From assembly GCA_000990325.1 (NCBI GenBank), contig LBPS01000001.1, forward strand, positions 1 through 57,543: DNA of 57,543 nucleotides, written 5' to 3'. This DNA is from Candidatus Nomurabacteria bacterium GW2011_GWE2_34_25 (GTDB lineage: Bacteria > Patescibacteriota > Minisyncoccia > Phycocordibacterales > UBA9973). The notes beneath the pieces were generated by a model that saw only the letters and a program-made list of their open reading frames with translations, did not search any database and had not been told where the DNA came from. The first letter of the stretch is position 1. The number at the start of each line of letters is the position of its first letter. Positions 55,424 through 57,543 of the stretch are shown here, in pieces. The translations under genes and the position numbers were made by a program.

Positions 55424-56632
55424 TTATGATGGAATTGTATTATCTCCGATTAGGTACGTCTCTATGTTTTGTTGATGCTCTTCATAAGTCTTGGCACAAT
55501 GAGTCACTCGATTCTTGTCGTGCAAATAGTACAAACAATCAGTCACTTTTGGATTGAGAACTGCTTCTATGGCCGATATCCCAGGATTTGAAATAGGGTG
55601 AGGAGGAAGGCCCTTGTATTTATATGTATTGAAAGGTGAGTCAGTTTGCTTGTCAGCTACGGTAATAGGAGCCCACCATCCCTTCCCAATATCTCCTCGT
55701 ATATATTGGAGTGTAGCATCGACACTGAGAGCCATATTTTGATTCAGGCGATTCCAGAGAATACCAGCGACGAGTGGCATGTCAGATGTACCAGAGGCTT
55801 CTCTTTGAACAATTGAGGCCAAGGTTAGAGCTCGAGCCCACTTTATATTTTTGGCTGTAAATTGAGGTAAATAAGTCGAGAAATTTTCATTAAATTTCGA
55901 GATTAATCGCTTGGCAACGAGGGATGGTTCTTCATCTACAGGGATCAAGTATGTATCAGGATAATAAACTCCTTCCGTATATTCAGGACTTGTATTCGTA
56001 TCAACTTTTATCCAATTATTTTTTTGTTTTGAAGTCCAACCGAGAGTGCCAGATAGAATTGTCGCTATTTCTTCCTTGCGTAGTCCTGGTTTGATGACGA
56101 CCCATTTCATGTATGGTTTATTGTGTAGGACTTTGTTTATCTGTGATGGAGTCATCACTTTGGATAATTTATAAGCTCCGGGAGTGATGGCGACTTTTTC
56201 CTTATTCAATATCGTTATAAAACTTTCTTTATTAGCAATGAATTCAGCTTTCAGTAAATTACTTGCTATTTCTTCGTTGGTATTAGTCAGAGAAATTGTG
56301 AAGCGATCAGTGCCAACGGGTAATGGTGGTTCAGGGGGAGGAATATTGTCTTCTTTTTTAGGAGTTAGAGCTGTGGGTTCTACGGCATTGGTCTTTGTCT
56401 CTTCTGGGGAGTTTTCTGAGTTAAGAGCGGTTTCAGCGTCTTCTCTTTGAGGAATAATAACGTTTTTATTTAGTTTAGGATACAACAAATACCCACCAAC
56501 AGAGAAAATGATGAACATTACTGCGATTAATATGTTTTTTATCCATGATTGCATATTAGAATTATAGCATTTCTTACTTTTTTGTGTATTTGACAATGAA
56601 CAATAAAGTGCTAGGATGAAATAAATACTCAT
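55424..56632 (-). CDS. mltG: Endolytic murein transglycosylase MltG (YceG family)
   Basis: YYPDTYLIP, LTLASIVQREA, SVDATLQY, NTYKYKGLPPHPISNPG. The true start is probably the internal MQSWIKN. Confidence 0.88.
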   Translation of the reverse strand: MSIYFILALYCSLSNTQKSKKCYNSNMQSWIKNILIAVMFIIFSVGGYLLYPKLNKNVIIPQREDAETALNSENSPEETKTNAVEPTALTPKKEDNIPPPEPPLPVGTDRFTISLTNTNEEIASNLLKAEFIANKESFITILNKEKVAITPGAYKLSKVMTPSQINKVLHNKPYMKWVVIKPGLRKEEIATILSGTLGWTSKQKNNWIKVDTNTSPEYTEGVYYPDTYLIPVDEEPSLVAKRLISKFNENFSTYLPQFTAKNIKWARALTLASIVQREASGTSDMPLVAGILWNRLNQNMALSVDATLQYIRGDIGKGWWAPITVADKQTDSPFNTYKYKGLPPHPISNPGISAIEAVLNPKVTDCLYYLHDKNRVTHCAKTYEEHQQNIETYLIGDNTIPS

Positions 56633-56660
56633 TGTTTAACCAATACAAAAACAAAACGCT

Positions 56661-57026
56661 ATGGACGGAATTTTGAAAAGAAGGGGTAAAAACAAAGAAT
56701 CAGACCCTAGGTTCAGTATTCAAACGGCTAATGGTTTGATGGAAGTAAAACGGTTTTTTGTGGTCTGTAGTAGGCCACGGAAAGTAGTTGCTCTTGGTCA
56801 GGTTATAGACGGGGAAATTGAAGTCGATAATGCTGTCAGAATGGTTTCCTTGAATGGAGAAGAAACCTTAGAATGTACCGTTGCCAAGATTGAAAGAGAA
56901 AAGAAAAAAATTCTTTATGCTGTCAAAAATGAACAAGTAGGGGTTTGTTTAAAAGGAATTACAATTCACCAATTGAGACAGTTTAACGACAGTATCTCTG
57001 TCGTTTTGCCGGCTGCTGAAGGTTGA
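56661..57026 (+). CDS. Small protein resembling a stand-alone translation-factor domain-II beta-barrel (tentative)
   Basis: 121 aa. G.V..GEIEV.N.V.......E....V..I......I..A...Q.VGVCLKG pattern like EF-Tu domain 2. Confidence 0.4.
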   Translation: MDGILKRRGKNKESDPRFSIQTANGLMEVKRFFVVCSRPRKVVALGQVIDGEIEVDNAVRMVSLNGEETLECTVAKIEREKKKILYAVKNEQVGVCLKGITIHQLRQFNDSISVVLPAAEG

Positions 57027-57303
57027 TGATAGTGAGGGTGATGTTTTTAATAGCGAGGATCCATCTTTTTTAGGTGGATCTTTTTTTAATAAATTGAGAG
57101 TTTTAAATGAAAGTGTTGCACTTACTTATTGAACTCTCTCCTAAAAAAAAGGGGGGTAAAATCGGAATTAGGTTGTGGGGGAGATAAGGAAATTTGGGGA
57201 ATTGAGAATATAATCTATCTATTGACATTTGTGACCCTACGGGTAATTTATTGGAACTCCATTATAGATAATATCAAGAAATTTAATGAATTAAATATAA
57301 ATT

Positions 57304-57543
57304 CTACAAAGTTGGGTTAATTAAATTTGCTATTATTAGCACTATACCAGCTCCAATAAGACATCCAGCCATTTTACCAACAGATGAGCCTAGCATAGTT
57401 CTTGATTCTGATATATTACTCTCTCTTAATCGTTCTGCCATATGTCCTTCAAATACTCCAGCAATTCCATCTGTAATAGCGTTACCAACAACTCCTCCAA
57501 TAATCGCTCCAGCTACACCTGCAATAGAACCACCAATAACAGC
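57304..57543 (-). CDS. Partial (5'-truncated by window edge) glycine-zipper membrane protein
   Basis: Open frame read by hand from the window edge to TAG at 57306..57304: AVIGGSIAGVAGAIIGGVVGNAITDGIAGVFEGH...GCLIGAGIVLIIANLINPTL. Confidence 0.4.
   Translation of the reverse strand, partial: AVIGGSIAGVAGAIIGGVVGNAITDGIAGVFEGHMAERLRESNISESRTMLGSSVGKMAGCLIGAGIVLIIANLINPTL

Overview
AT-rich 57.5-kb chromosomal window. Gene content and style suggest a small-genome Patescibacteria/CPR-type bacterium (inference only; there is no rRNA in the window).

Core content: secA, dnaE, rnhB, pepN, hpf, the fmt-def-hisS-lepB block, pth, rpsA, gyrA and mltG, plus RNase P RNA and tRNA-Asn(GTT).

Five things stand out.

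(1) An accessory island of about 13 kb starts at the 3' end of tRNA-Asn, bounded there by a large serine recombinase. It carries:
- a compact stand-alone reverse transcriptase preceded by a ~290-nt ORF-free leader with its own promoter (candidate template/structural ncRNA);
- a convergent 767-aa protein with a Zn-ribbon and a PD-(D/E)xK-like nuclease C-terminus;
- a divergently transcribed SLOG/TIGR00725 gene with a small partner gene;
- a P-loop kinase;
- repeated cis elements: two sequence-related leader hairpins kept paired by wobble changes, a cassette-boundary motif present three times, and 11-nt iteron-like repeats.

(2) Three divergent HUH/Y1 (RAYT/IS200-like) transposase-like genes are each bracketed by their own private perfect palindrome family. 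Extra copies of these palindromes sit inside coding sequence.

(3) rnhB carries three in-frame palindromic insertions. One is a ~72-nt element whose 28-nt core recurs exactly in an intergenic spacer 30 kb away. This is reminiscent of Rickettsia palindromic elements.

(4) There are five tandem TrbC/VirB2-like pilin paralogs with no visible secretion machinery, and a prokaryotic iGluR-like ligand-gated channel.

(5) Many genes have an (extended) -10 box only 6-9 nt upstream of the ATG and no Shine-Dalgarno sequence, which implies largely leaderless mRNAs.

All calls come from reading the sequence and ORF translations by eye. No searches or folding programs were run.
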